Notes: generated by a model from the sequence alone, not told the origin. Numbered from the stretch's first letter, positions 39,333 to 52,781 are shown. The stretch is 64,000 nucleotides of DNA from Phoronis australis (GCA_002633005.1 NMRA01000475.1:197242-261241), one strand, 5' to 3'. Numbers and translations: made by a program.

Positions 39333-39574
39333 TTCTGCATTCGTACTTCACATGCAGAGTTTTAGGGACCCAAGCACATGGATCACCAAACACTCTATTG
39401 CTTGCTGGAACAACGCACTGTATGCGTCCATCACATCGGGCCTTCATTTCTTGAAGTGATGTTTTAGCAAGGCAATTTTCACCATTTCCATAGTGCGCAA
39501 ACGTGACGTCAACGACTGTACTGACATCACACGAAAGTGTAATGCTCGTATATTCCGTTGCATATGCAGTATAA
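39333..39574 (-). CDS. SUEL/rhamnose-binding lectin domain exon
   Basis: TTTTCTTACAG acceptor, GTAAGC donor, 242 nt, phase 2/1. YTAYATEYTSITLSCDVSTVVDVTFAHYGNGENCLAKTSLQEMKARCDGRIQCVVPASNRVFGDPCAWVPKTLHVKYECR has the A.YG, C.G...C, FGDPC and Y.C motifs. Confidence 0.85.
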
Positions 39575-41029
39575 CTGTAAGAAAAATGGCGTTATAAAAC
39601 TACAGATTACACCAACCTCATCCAATATCATATTCGTTAAGTTCTGAATGCAATAATCGCGCATATTAGTACAACACTAAAACCACGGCTCAGGCCTCTG
39701 TAACTCCGCACAAAATAAAAATGAGCGGCCAATTAAATGTCAGTGGCCGACTTAAAGGGGCGAAGGGGGCTATGGCCCCCTAAAACTCTCCCTGGTTCCA
39801 TTTGGCAGTTAGAGGGTGCGAATGTCTGACTGGCTAAATCCTGGCTAATACTCTGCCCTGGCCCCCGTAACTCAAAATCCTGGATCCGCCCCTAAATTTA
39901 TGTTGATTATGTTGCGAATGGTCTGCAGTAGGTCTTTGAAGCTATTTTAAGTAAAAGTGTCGCCCCATCTGGTGTCTGCTCTGTCTGGAAGTCCCACTAA
40001 TTTGAAAGTACTTCCTTGTTCAGGCCTAAAATTTTGCTGCAAACGAAAGTACCCTTCAGAGAAAGGGAAATTGAGAAAAATCTGGTAGGAAGTGGTACAT
40101 TTTAGCCACAATTTCTGGAAACTAGTCAAGCGCGTTGAATCTTGTCTTCAATCTGGGACTGGAGCAGTGGTGAAATTTTTGTTCTGGGAGAAATATTCCA
40201 AATTAGCAATGTTTTAGTAATTTTTTGACATCTCGAGATTTTTCCGGTGGACATACCAAGGCAAAATCCATGGATTGTTGACTTCCCTCAACCATGGGAA
40301 AATCCATCGTGTATGTTTTATATAAGTCACATATGTTTGCCACGTGTCCTCAAACAGAGTGGTCTTTTGTTGAAACAGTTTGCGATGTCGACGAGACCAG
40401 CCACTCGCTTTGTGGTCTTAGCTCAAATATAAAAAGACAAACTTGTGCAACAAATTTCCGCGAAATCCGACACTAACAGAATATTAATAATTTATTGAGT
40501 GACAAATCATGCAGACATAGACACCGATTAAATTTCTTATCTCTACAGCACAGTGGCTGTTCACTTCTGAATTTTCTGCACGTCGCATTTAAGCGACCAA
40601 TCGACAAACTGTTTACTTCTTTTACGTCACCTTGTCATGAAAAACAACCCCAGTCATGGAAGATTACGACCAGTGGGCAAATTTAATATTATTCACCAAT
40701 CCAAATGTCACATGGATGAATGTTTTCGTCCTCATTCTCGTGAACAGCATTACATTGAACACACGGTGTGTTTATTCATGTTGAAAATGACACATTTCGG
40801 CTAAAGATTTTGGAATGCCTATTGACCAGTCACGAAAAATCTGTGTTGAATGAGCAGCTCACGTGTGTACCGCACGCTGGCTCTGTTTCATTAGGCATTC
40901 ACACTCTCTGCTTGTATGCCCCTCTTCCTGCTGTCACGTAAATTTCACTGTTTGTTTCGCTTCGTATATGCTCATCGCACTTATTTCCTGATAATGAGAC
41001 ATGCAGTCTCGAAATATAGCTAGTGTTTT

Positions 41030-43540
41030 AATTTGTTTGTTTGCTGTTTCTGTTTCTGTTTGTTTCTGTGGTGACGTCAGAGGGTAGGCACCGGGATAGT
41101 CTCTGGCCATCCTCCTTCCAGTATCGCACGCAATGTAAATTTGGAGAGGCAACCAAATTCATGCTGGTTACACACTCTTCGATCTTTTCCCCTGATACGA
41201 GTTTTTGCTGCATCTCCGTATTGCCATCCTCGCTCTATAAGGCGCTTTGTTGCCCATCTCTCCTGCTGTTGTACAATCTCAGCATCTGTAAGCGATTCAT
41301 GCACTCTGGAGATTCCATCTGCTGGTGTGAGGAGCAGGTCGGCAATCGGTTCTGCGATGCCTGCAAGCTCATCTGCCTTGACGTTGAATGAAATGCCACA
41401 GTGTCCCGGTATATAAACACTCTGGTGAAGAGACCATTAATAGAGCTGAACAGAGGGATCCAGGAATCTTTCACATGACCAATTTTTAGGCTGTTAATGA
41501 GGCTGAGGGAGTCTGTAAGTAGAAATGGTCTGTCTGCAGCTGTTGTGTTCTGTAAGAGCCAGACTAGGGCGTCTTCATATACGTCACATTCAGCTCTAAA
41601 AGACGAGGATTTTCCAACCCGTGCTGTTGACCATTCAAAGAGGCGTTGACCCCCGCGAGTCCAAGCAACTGCTGCCCAAGCCGTAGTGTCATCTCTTACT
41701 GAGCCGTCCGTTGCAACAATGATTGTGGGAGGTTGTTCTTCAAGCCATTCCGATACAGTTGCTTGGTTGATACAGTCAGCTCTTTACCGCCAATGACGGC
41801 CTCCAATCTCCATGGTGTTGATGACAAAGTTTGTGGCTTTGGACCACTCTATCCTGTTGATGTTCTCCACTGGACATACCTCTTGGACAAGCTCCCTAGC
41901 TCCGATAACCCATGATTGAACAGTTTTCAGCCTCTGTGCAGTGTGCTCATCACTATGCACTCTCAAGTCCAGGTACAGAGGATGTGAGTTGGTTGTAGCT
42001 GCCTTTAGAAATGCTTGGGCTGCCAGTGTTTTCTGTTTAGTACGGATGCTATTGATACTTAACCAGTATTGGAGACTGTCTACCGGAGTGGGTCTAGCTG
42101 CACTGGTTACTATCCTCATGGCCTGGATTTTGAATCCTCTGTAGTTTGGTCATTGACTGTTGGGAGGCACATAGGCACAGATGGAGCCCATACTCTGTTC
42201 TTGCGCCGACAGTTGCATTCATGAGCTGCACCAGGCTCTTTTGTCGGATATCCCTTCAGTTTGCTGGTCTTTCATCAGCTTTGGAAGAACCACCATGCTG
42301 CAGTCTCTAAGGTCCTGGTCCATGGTTCCATCAACAAGTGAACTGTTTATGATCTGAAGGAGCTGGCTCCTCTCCTCTGGGCTCATGCTTTTCAGGTTAG
42401 AGTATTTAACTCCATCCGACCCGGGAGCCGAGTCTTTACTTATCGAACGTAGGGTTGCATCTAGTTCTTCAAGTGAGACTGGTTGCTCATTGTTTTGATC
42501 ATTCACTGTGCGTAATGCTTGCTGGACAATGTCAGGGCCATCTGGCTGCAGTTGGTTCTGGTATCTTAGAAGGAAAGCTTCGCCCTTTTCCTGGTCTGTA
42601 GCAACCGTCTTACCATTAGGTCCCTGGATTAGTTGAGGTGCACGTCCTGATCCGGTTGAGATTCTTTGCATTTCCTTAGCCAGATTCCAGAATTTGCTGG
42701 TGATTGATGGGACTCCGGGGTCAGAACTCTGACAGAAATTATCCCAAAGCATCTGTTTGTTCTTCAGTGCAACAGCCTGATAGTTAGCAACATCATCGCC
42801 GAATGCCTTGCGTCGCTCACAGATTTCTTCCTTCGACACCCCTTGCCTCTTGGCTGAGGTATACTCTTTGCTCCTTTGCATCTTACTACTCCAGACATTG
42901 TCCACTTCCTTCGTCCACCATTTAGGTTTGCGCCTTGAATTATTGGTTTTGCGCTTAGCTTTGGCCTCCTTCAGCCTTTTATGCACCTGCTGAACGACTG
43001 ATTTACCCCTTGTCTTGTACTTGAACCCAGGAGGGTTTTTTGAGGGGACTGGGTCCCCTGCTTTATTAATGTGAATAAGAGCTGGTCTGTGATCACTGCC
43101 CATGAGGGGAAGAAGCTTCCAGTCAAGTTCAAGGACTACCTTAGGAGTGGCTAGAGTCAAGTCAACACATGAATCAGAATTTCCATCTCGTTCTGCTACT
43201 CTGGTGTTTAGGATGATGCAGTCCAGATTGGGTAAAGCTTTCTCCAAGGACTTGCCATTAATATTGGTGGTGGTATCTCTCCATAACGGACTACGTGCGT
43301 TGAAGTCCCCTGAGATTATAACTTTGGGTCCCATACCAAGCTTAATCCACATCTCTTCTGTAGTCATACTATCACATGGAACTCTTGTGAAAGAAAGGCA
43401 TATCACAAAACTCTGTTGGAGCAAGTACAGGAACTGACACAACCTAATAAAGCTATTGTTATCAATGGAGACTTCAGTGCTAGGAACACTACGTGTTATG
43501 TACCCGACAACCAAGCCGCGGTCTTGAATCATTTGATATA
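41030..43540 (-). mobile_element. Non-LTR retrotransposon of the I group (Nimb/Ingi-like): APE endonuclease, deleted RT core, RNase H
   Basis: GDFNARSPLW, VDLTL, GSDHRP, SAPGSDGV. RNase H VATDGSV...SSFRAEC...LTDSLS...PGHCGISFNVKADELA. (AAAC)n-like 3' tail. Confidence 0.85.
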
Positions 43541-44489
43541 CTCCTCTCCAACGACTGTATTCAACATATAAATGAATCAACGCGAATAACAGGCACTTAC
43601 ATCACATTTTCACGAAAGACGTCGCTCTAGTCGGTTGGCGACCAGTCTTTCACATATGGCACATCACATTTACGAAATACCGCGAAAAACGGGTGATGAG
43701 GCTGGATCTCGCGAGATCATATCGGTTCGTATCCGCGCCAAATAAACCGCAGAGAAACGTTTCGTCATTGTTGCAATTTGAATGAGTTTTGTAGCAGTTA
43801 TGACTAAATTCTTAAAAATGGTAATTATAATCCTTGTAGATGAGAAAATCCGTATTTGTTGACTCGTTTACTTATCAAAATAAACACTTATCTCCCTTGT
43901 CATGCATACTCGGGGAATTCCCTGTCAATGGAATCCCCGAGCAGAATCGCGACGAATGCGGACGATATTGGAGTACCTGTAGTATTAATTGAAGCAATTT
44001 TAAAACGAAAAACATCATTGAAACGGTTTAGTTATCACTAAGTGAACATAAAAGGTTCACTGAGCGATTAAAATAAAACTAGCAGAAGAAGCACAGTTGA
44101 CAGGTCAACTAATTGCACTTTTGACGTTCCCACACTGAACTGCAATTTATTTGCTTATTAGCCCTGTAGTTCACAAAACTTAAGTAGATCTGTGCCGTGC
44201 ACTAACAGTGACGGATCTAGGATACTATAAAGGGGGTCCCAACATATTGCCTCGAGGAATTGGGCAGAGCGCGGTTGTATGTGTACAGGCGTCCCGAAAG
44301 TTGCGGGGGCCCGGAGTATGAAGCTTCTGTTCGGGAAATCTATCGACTAAAAAAATTTTAAAAATAAAAAACGGGAACGAGAGCCCGCCACTATCTGGCG
44401 TCTGAGTCGCCACCCTTCTCCAGTACCGGTTCTAGTTATATTTCCTCACGCGTCGTGCTGTTGCTGTTTCATTTTGCTTGCGAGAACAT

Positions 44490-44800
44490 CAGACTTCTGG
44501 TATACTGCTACAACCGTTCCATGGTTGTGCCTTTTCCATTGGCAGTATTTTCTACAAAATCTGTGTTGTCAACAGCAGAGGCACCCTTCTTCAGGAATGG
44601 GGGTACATGAAGCCCTTCAAACTCCTTGTTTATCTCCATTACATCTACAGCTAGATCAGTTTCTAAGCGCAGGGAGCGGTCACGTGGGACACAGTATCCA
44701 TGTGCATTCAGTAGTCTCATTAGTTTCTTGTTTCTGGTGTCATAATGGACAGTTAGAACGAGTCCAAGGACTTGAGAGTTTTCTCTTGCATGCTGTTGCC
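44490..44800 (-). mobile_element. Academ-type transposase fragment
   Basis: LGLVLTVHYDTRNKKLMRLL..G....LRLETDLA...VPPFLKKG..AVDNTDFVENTANGKGTT(HG). Confidence 0.65.
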
Positions 44801-44829
44801 TGAAGGTTGCTGAATCTATGCTTGGTTTG

Positions 44830-45480
44830 TACTTCACTTCTCGACTGTATTCAATTCACCATGGAGGCGGAATCCAATAGAACCTTGCCTTTCTTGGATC
44901 TATGTGACACGTCGTTGATAATGGTTCCATCAAAGTCAGAAAACCGACACACACGGACCAATACCTTCAGTTCTCATCCAACCACCCTTTAAAACACAAA
45001 CATTCTGTTATCCGTACCCTCCTGGATAGAGCTGAACGTTCCATCACTGACTTTCGAAGAAGTTGACCATGTTGAAAATGCTTTACGCGCTAATGGATAC
45101 CAGGATTGGATGTTCACAACCCCCCCAGTCGTAAACCTATTGAAAAACTCGATGGTCCCTCTGTCGTTACATACTCGTCAGACCCAATGATCAAACCCCG
45201 ATGTAAAAACATTGTGGGGTCATTTACCAGCTGACGTGTGACCAGTATCCCAACCACAACCGTTTGGAGAAACCAAAAGACCGTTTTAACCAGATTCAAA
45301 GAACAACAGGAATTAGACAGACATACACTGCCTGTGGGGCAACACATATTTGCGACTTGACATTCCATCTCCCTTGAATCATCTAAGATCTTTGTCAAAG
45401 GACAGAATTGGTATGCTGGCAACTTAAAACAGTCCATAAACATCAGCACTGACCATCCCGTTTTGGCAGTTCGTGGTGTG
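44830..45480 (+). mobile_element. Penelope-like element remnant (RT thumb + GIY-YIG)
   Basis: [61 protein letters not shown]. Confidence 0.8.
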
Positions 45481-46735
45481 AATTGCTGACTAGCATACGC
45501 GCGCAACCAAAGGGGCTCGGGGGGCGAATGCACAATGCATAGGCCTTGAACAAACCCCGTTTGTTGTTTTTTTTAGTAATAAGGTCCACAAACCCAAAAA
45601 TTCTACACCCCCTGCATCCCTACATTTTAGGCTGGACGCGCGCATGAGGCGAAATTCTGGTTAGTCCTGTGTCCTGCCCCCCAACTCAAAATCTTGGATC
45701 CGCTCCTGCAATTATTATCGTCTGCAACTCAGGCGCCGATTTCTCGGTAACTACAATATCTATTGTGGTTATTTAACTACTTTCAGGAGATGTTACATCT
45801 TCAATGCACAGTTACAGTTGTTTTCATCGTTGTTATCTCTTTTTAAGTAAGAAATCGTCACATTTAAAACTGTTTCTTTTACTGGAGAAAACTTGCAACC
45901 TAACGCGCAAGTACATACATATAGGGTGTGATCCGCCACGTGAACAGCCTGCGTGAAGTATTTAAAAATCTGCCGAAAAAATGAAAGAAACTTAGGATTT
46001 CGAAACGTATGGGATAAATACAAAACGTACCTTGTTTGGCGTACACGAAAAATTATTCCGCGTATCGACTGAGACCGAAGGAATAATGTCGAGTGGGATA
46101 TTACTTCATCTATGCCACTCTCGGTACTTTTTGTGTATTTATGTGGCATGTCACAGAAAACAAAATGAAAGTGTGGGGATTTTGCCATTCTACACCTGTC
46201 CAATGAGACCTAGATAAACACCTGACCTGATGAGGGACAAACATTTGTTTACAACATAGACCGTCTGTTTACAATTGAATTTGATTCCAAAATGTAAAAA
46301 TATGGTGATTGTCTATTGTTTTTGACCACAACAGGATAATTTCTACATCAGGACTCAACGCCAAAGTGAATGATTAAAACGAGAAACACAAAACTATTGA
46401 GCAGTTGATTCTGTGGGCTAGTAGTTGCAGGCATAAGCCGCGGAGACAATGTCAAAGGCAAACTCCGGCGTGATTGTGTATGGCCTCGGTTCGCTTTTTG
46501 CAAAAAATGGACAAAAAAGTGGAATTACAAGTATCCATGGCACTGCACTAAAGACTGGAATTAAGGTTGAGATCTTGGCCACTTACCAAGTACTTTTAAC
46601 GAGAAGAATAAGCGGGGAACTCGCTCAGTCCCGTCGTCGTGATTTTGCAGTAGGCCTCCGTGAAGCTTGCGACTGCAGCACACGGATTACTACTGTGGCT
46701 GTAAAAGGACGGCACAGCAACTTTTTTCCGTTGCC

Positions 46736-47030
46736 AACTCTATCGATAGACTTGCTATCTCTATCGATAGACTTACTAACTCGATCGAAAGACTTATTAA
46801 CTCTATCGATAGAGTTACTATCTCTATCGAAAGAGTTATTAACTCTATTGTTAGATTTACTACATGTATCTCTATCGATATACTTACTAACTCTATCAAT
46901 AGACTTACTATCTCTATCGAGAGACTTAGTAACTCTGTCGATGGACTTACTATCTCTATCGATAAACTTACTATCTCTATCGATAGACTTACTATCTCTA
47001 TCGGAAGACTTAGTAACTCTATCAATAGTG
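46736..47030 (+). repeat. 21-bp tandem array (CTCTATCGATAGACTTACTAW), ~14 units
   Basis: Direct inspection; mirrored at 48390-48602. Confidence 0.9.
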
Positions 47031-48389
47031 TTACGACATCGTGGTTACTACCCCGGTTTCAGTTAAAATGGAGGACCGAAACAAGTATATTGTCGATTTA
47101 ATCAAGCTAGGACTGACTCAAAATGAAATAAAAAGGTACTCATGCGTCGTTTTGGAACGTCACTAAGCACAATGCAATTGGGACGTGTTTTTGACGGCGT
47201 AAAAATATGTCTGCTTTTGATGAAATGGTTGGTTTTGTTGAAGAACACGTCGCGGGTTCAGGTCAGATGCACGGTTATAGATTTATGCACCAGAAATGTT
47301 GTAACTGTACCACGAGGGACAATTTAACTGCCTTCTCTCGTGTCGAGTTGCTATCACCAGAGCCTTTTGATTTAATTTTAGTGTGTCTATTGTCACTTAT
47401 TCATTTTGTTTTATCCTGTTCTCCCTTGAGGTCTTATAATAAATAATTGCTCATAATGAATTTAAACAGTTAGTTCCGATGCTACACTTTTTGTTTATAC
47501 ATATAATGCCAGATGTGCATGTTTGCAGTGAAACGTAAATAGCAATTATTGAATACTTATTTAGAAAAAATAAAACTCTTAAATCCAGTAACTCCATATC
47601 AGTCGATAAAAACAAGTCCCATAAACAGGCGGTTAAAACATGGTACTTCGACGCAGTGGTCGGCACACCTTCAAGAATGGAAGCTATTGTCGGTAGGTCT
47701 AATCTTCTGAAAGTAACGAAACGTTGACTCTTAAAAATCATCTCACCAACTTGTAACTTGGTTATAGTTACCACATTATCGTATGTATATCCATGTACAT
47801 GTATATAACAAGAAATCATTATGCCAATTCAAATTTTGTTTAAACAAAAAGAACGACTTAAATCCATTTCACTACCTCACTCAGTGTGTATTTTGAACAA
47901 AATAATACGTAACACAACACATCAACTAATACATTATGAAAAGCTTGTCTACTCAATTAAAAAAACATTTTTAACAGTCTGTTCGGTGCCTACATATGAG
48001 TTCCTGAGCCACAGCAAAAGCTAACACACTGTCAAACTTAAAATCAACACGTGTATCTTGTTTATCCAGATACCAACAAACCCAGAACGAACTTACTTTT
48101 AAGAACAGTGGTCGCCAATTTTGATGTCCAACGGCACCTCCCTAACCAAATATAGGGTCAGTGCGCCCCAGAATAATGGCTGATACAGCCAAAATGAATT
48201 AGCCGTGCCTACGTCTGTAGTGTATGCCGAGACAAGTGGCCAATTAATATTATTACGTAGCTACCCCTGTTGGGAGGTATGACAGATATAAAATATCATG
48301 GGATTCGTACAAGATCATTTAATTGTTTAAATAACCGTTGCGCCTGTCTCTGTGCCTGTGTTGTGGGTCATGATACATCGCAGAAGAAG

Positions 48390-48602
48390 AGTTACTAAAT
48401 TTATCGATAGGCATAGTAAGTCTATCGATAGAGTTAGTAAGTCTATCGATAGAGTTACTAAATCTATCGATAGAGATAGTAAGTATATCGATAGAGTTAC
48501 TAACTCTATCGATTGAGATGGTGGGTCTATCGATAGAATTAATTAATCTATCGATAGAGATAGCAAGTCCATCGATAGAGTTAATAAGTTTATCGATAGA
48601 GT
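48390..48602 (-). repeat. Inverted copy of the 21-bp array, ~10 units
   Basis: Reverse complement of the left array. Confidence 0.9.
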
Positions 48603-49616
48603 TAGCAACGGAGAAAAAAGTTGCCGTGCCGTCCTTTTACAGCCACCGTAGATTACCCCTACGCGGCGGCGAACGGGTGCGCATAAAATACCAAGCCGGT
48701 GAAGGCCGCGCCTTCACACGACTTGAATTTTGGAAAATTATTGAACGTTGAAATCGTTTCTCTGATTTCTCTCGCCGCTGAATATTGAGCACTCAACATA
48801 GCAGGCGTGAACTGTAAGCACAGGCTGTGGACAAATACCCCCGGATAGTAATTTGGCTTGGTGAAAGAAGCACGTTCGTCGGATCGACAGAAGCCACGAC
48901 TTGTTGAGACAAAGAAAAATTCAAGTCTGGTTTTTGCGGCTGCAGAACCCAGCGCTTTTCAGTCGCGGGAACGAATGGGAATGAGGCGCGTGTAAACGGG
49001 GCAGCTCTCAACTTGTGTTTGTCCGACGGAGTCCAAGCCAACATCTGGGTCCGAAATCAGCGTTTTAATATATATGGATGCACATACTATAATCGATGAA
49101 TTCGAAAACCAGTTTTCACAATTAGGAGTTATTCTTGTAAGAAATTGATGACGTTTCAGAGAACTTAATAGTTCCTACCTGAAATTCGGAAAAACCTCTA
49201 TCATCCGACCACCAAATAGTACTGGATGATTTCTGTCTTTAAGAAATTGGTGTTTTTGTGAACTTTTACGTAGGTTGATGAAACGCGGCCAGTTCCATAA
49301 TATGTGCCTCCAAGGCAGTCACCAGAAATACCGCGTCTGTTTGTATTTTTCTTCTGAAATAATGAAGTTTTAGGAACCTGCGCTGGTTGTTATAAGAAAG
49401 AAATGCCTTTGTGAAATCGACCGTGCTGATCGGGAAAGAGAGAAAAACAATATCATTAAACTGGTAACCAGAATCCCGTCTGCGTCACTTTCGTTTACGA
49501 CTAGCCACCTATACATCCTGACCTCCCATTCTAAGTTGTAACGAATACTTAAGTTAAATTACAAAGCTCCAGATTAAGTAAGCTTGAGCGTTGATTCATT
49601 TTAATAGTCTACTCAC

Positions 49617-49732
49617 CTATGAACGGTTTGCGCTTTTAGCCAGAATATGATGATAAATACACGAAATAGGAAACAAAGACATGCTAGACGCATGCTATGT
49701 ATGCATACGTATCGCTTTGTTTTTTCCGACAT
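49617..49732 (-). CDS. Signal-peptide first exon of the SUEL-lectin gene
   Basis: MSEKTKRYVCIHSMRLACLCFLFRVFIIIFWLKAQTVH then AG|GTGAGT. Phase 2 matches the SUEL exon at 39574, giving ...TVHS-YTAY... Alternative ATG at 49693. Confidence 0.65.
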
Positions 49733-52139
49733 TTAAGAAATCAGATGTCATGAAAATACCTCCGGTCGGTTACAACTACCCTCTCACCTGACAGTCAAAC
49801 TGAATTGGCATTAATAATGCAGACATTTCCCTTCCAGTTTAACGTTTCATTAGGAATTAACTTTTCACTCATTATAGATAGATATAGATTTCTTTATATT
49901 TATTTAACCCAGATACAATACCTCTTGGTGCTTTCTAGGTATGTATATTTATTGTACTGAATATTTCATAATAAACATTTAAAAAACCTGGGGGACGAGT
50001 GTGCGTTTGTAGCATATGCTATGTAGGTGTCGGTTTGTTTTTTTCCGTCATCATCTTAGAAGTCAGATGCCATGAGAATACCCCGGGTCGGTTACAAGTG
50101 TTACACCCTACAGCAGAATGGTGAATGCTGAGCTTTATAAGATAGCTGTTTTAATCAATCTCTTAAAGAGGGCTCACACTGGTTCGTCAGACTGGAACTT
50201 GTTTATTAGTAAAATTCAACATGGAAAGCAACTTCTAATTAATAATGGTTACACCAATTAATTTGTGCATAAGCGCATGACTCGCTTTGTCTCAAAAGTT
50301 GAACACCATTGTTATGTACAAACATTTACTGGTAATGTTAATAACTATACTACAAAAACTATATGTACAAGTTGAGCAAACTCTAAACAAAATCATCTTT
50401 AATAATGTAAGAGTTGTTAATCGTCAAGCCAAGCTAGTTGTGATTACTTATTACAAGAATATGAAGACTTCCAATTTAGTGAACATTAGTCGTGAGAAGG
50501 TGCGCACAGTTGCCAGACGTAATGCTGTGTAGGAGTTCACTTCCCCACGAAGACACAAGTTACACGGCTACTGTCGATATCTGTGGACAGAGTAGAAAAA
50601 ACAATGATTTAAAATTTGATTTTGAATTTTTACCCTTGTTAAACATAATAATTTTATCCCCTTTCTTTCCTCGTATTCGCTTCGTGATCAAAATTCGGTA
50701 CTGCCTGGTTATCCGACAATGCACAGCGATTGAATATATTCGGGGACCAGGCAACGACCTTCGCACTAGTTTTCTAAAATGGCGAAACTCCAGTTAACAT
50801 TGATTAAATGGATGGAGAAACGCCATTGCGTGCACGTTAAAAAAAGTCGTACATCAAATGCCAATTATATTGTACGGAATAATCAATAATTGAGTTAAGC
50901 AAAGATGAGTTCAGTAACGCTTGGACCTCGATAAAAAGCAAGACTATCGCAGACATGGTGCAATCGCCAAATCGATTCGATTCCAGGTATGACATTGGAG
51001 CGTGCGCTTCTAAAGGTTTTAAGAAATTACATCAAGTAAAGTGCTGGTCCTTCCTGAGCGCTACTCTTGCAGGATTTTGTCTAAAGTTTTGTAACATTGT
51101 TCGCAGCCAAGGTTTAGTAAAGCAGTACAGTAGGCTACTTAACTACAGTCATAAATAAGGAAAGGGAGATTCTTCTTCTGTCTAATAGTTCTGAATTTGG
51201 TTGGAGGATAACAACTGAAGCCGATTGGCCCAAATTATTAGGAAAAATGTAACGTTTTATCGCATCATTTTTTATTCCGCCTTCGGGCTCCCGTAAGTGA
51301 CACGAGCCACTGGGCCGGGTCTCTCTTGACACTTCCCTCTCGACACCATTGCGCTAACTAATCAGAAATAGAATCCTATCGCGGTAAGGAATATTATTAG
51401 ACCCGTTTATGAGAGTAGAAAGCCAAATTCGGTTAGATATTTTTGTCAACGTTGGCGCCCGCAACATGTCATTGGATTCGACGATGGACATTATAATTAA
51501 TCCAGTGGATAATTATATGATTGTAAAAATATAATTCATCAACTTCTGAAACTTGCTATAAAATAAGTTTCCCGGAAGAGGGCGGCGAAATTTTCGCGGG
51601 AACCAATCAGTCATCAGTCCCCAGTAGAATGATCCAGGTGGCAACGCGAAGTCGGGCAATTTATTTTACAGTAAGTTCCAGAAATCGTCATTTATATTTT
51701 TATTGCATCTATGTCTTTGGATTCTGTCACGGTAGAGGTGAAACCAGATCGTGTAATGCGTAGCCTGACCTTTGGCCAAAATGAAGACCTCTGTAACTCT
51801 GTAGGTCAACAGTTAGCACGTCATATTTACAAGGTCATGTTTTTTTTAAATACAGCATCAAAACATTGATTGCTTGTATTTCGTAAGTTCACTAATTCAC
51901 CTATTTTATGGTTTTGAGATTTGAACATACAAAGCGTTTTAGAAATTCTATGGTTCATTTGTTCCTTGTTGTCAAATACCTGCATGGGTTTGATTTTTGT
52001 AGGATCTAGCTACAGTCGCGGCACTGTGTACGATAAAGAATGACGTACTATTCTACAGCAGAATGTCGCAAGCATCATTAGATTGTTTCAATTACAAGAA
52101 GTTATATGGTGAGGGCGTACTGATCTTTCATCACTGGGT

Positions 52140-52781
52140 CGATGTGAGATCTGATAAATATCGAAAATGTTCTCGAGGAAAGCCGTGTCGTGAAACCCGC
52201 GCGTCTTCAAATATTTTAAGTCGTTGTTGAATTTCTAGAAAAAACTAGCAGTACCCTACTTCATATTCGACGGAACCGCATCAGCAGTGCATGGAGATAA
52301 CGACACAGATATCAGCATCATGGAATACAACATCAAGAAAGTTGTACAAAACTTGCATTTAATTCCTATTTATTACAGTTGCAAATACAAGGAATGCGAT
52401 CTCACCGGAACTCAGTGGTTGACAGATGACGGCACGGAAATCCTGTTCAGTGGAAATGGCGCGAAAAAGTTCTACTTCATGGATAAGAGAGATTATAGTA
52501 AACTGAAAAAGGTAGAGTGGGTTCATTTCTTTGCTACTACAGACATATTCACATGGAAAGAAATTCCTAATGATCTCGGATCTGTCACAGAACTACATGT
52601 ACATAATCCCCGAATGGCACATTGTAAAATTGAATACCCAAAAAGACGTAATTTTCCGTTAAAGAGGTACGGATTCGAAGGTGTTCAGATTTGGGACCCC
52701 AACGACATCAGAAAATACCTGGAAATGAACTATGGATACATAGGACGAGATGCTGTGAGGAACCGCGAGAAGAACTGCTAA
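52140..52781 (+). pseudogene. LicD/fukutin-related nucleotidyltransferase-like sequence, intronless and apparently disrupted
   Basis: LAVPYFIFDGT..DNDTDISI, DIF, FPLKRYGFEGVQIWDPNDIRKYLEMNYG. In-frame TAA (~52217) and a frameshift (~52240) upstream. The LLGA.R..IPW segment is missing. Confidence 0.65.

Larger units (their letters stand above)
46691..48650 (+). mobile_element. IS3EU-type DNA transposon derivative with 21-bp subterminal arrays
   Basis: TAC.GTGGCTGTAAAAGGACGGCAC ... GTGCCGTCCTTTTACAGCCACCGTA, perfect 6-bp TSD GATTAC. Transposase N-terminal remnant ~47068-47300 (MEDRNKYIV..LGLTQNEI...VAGSGQMHGYRFMHQKC). Confidence 0.8.

Noticed and set aside
42219-43580. 453-aa ORF as a host gene or active retroelement
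   Set aside because: It is LINE endonuclease plus RT N-terminus; the RT catalytic core is deleted and downstream frames are broken.
46449-47101. Leucine-zipper-like ORFs and a CRISPR-like look of the 21-bp array
   Set aside because: The ORFs are translations of a 21-bp tandem repeat. There are no unique spacers and no cas genes, and the array is mirrored inside transposon TIRs.
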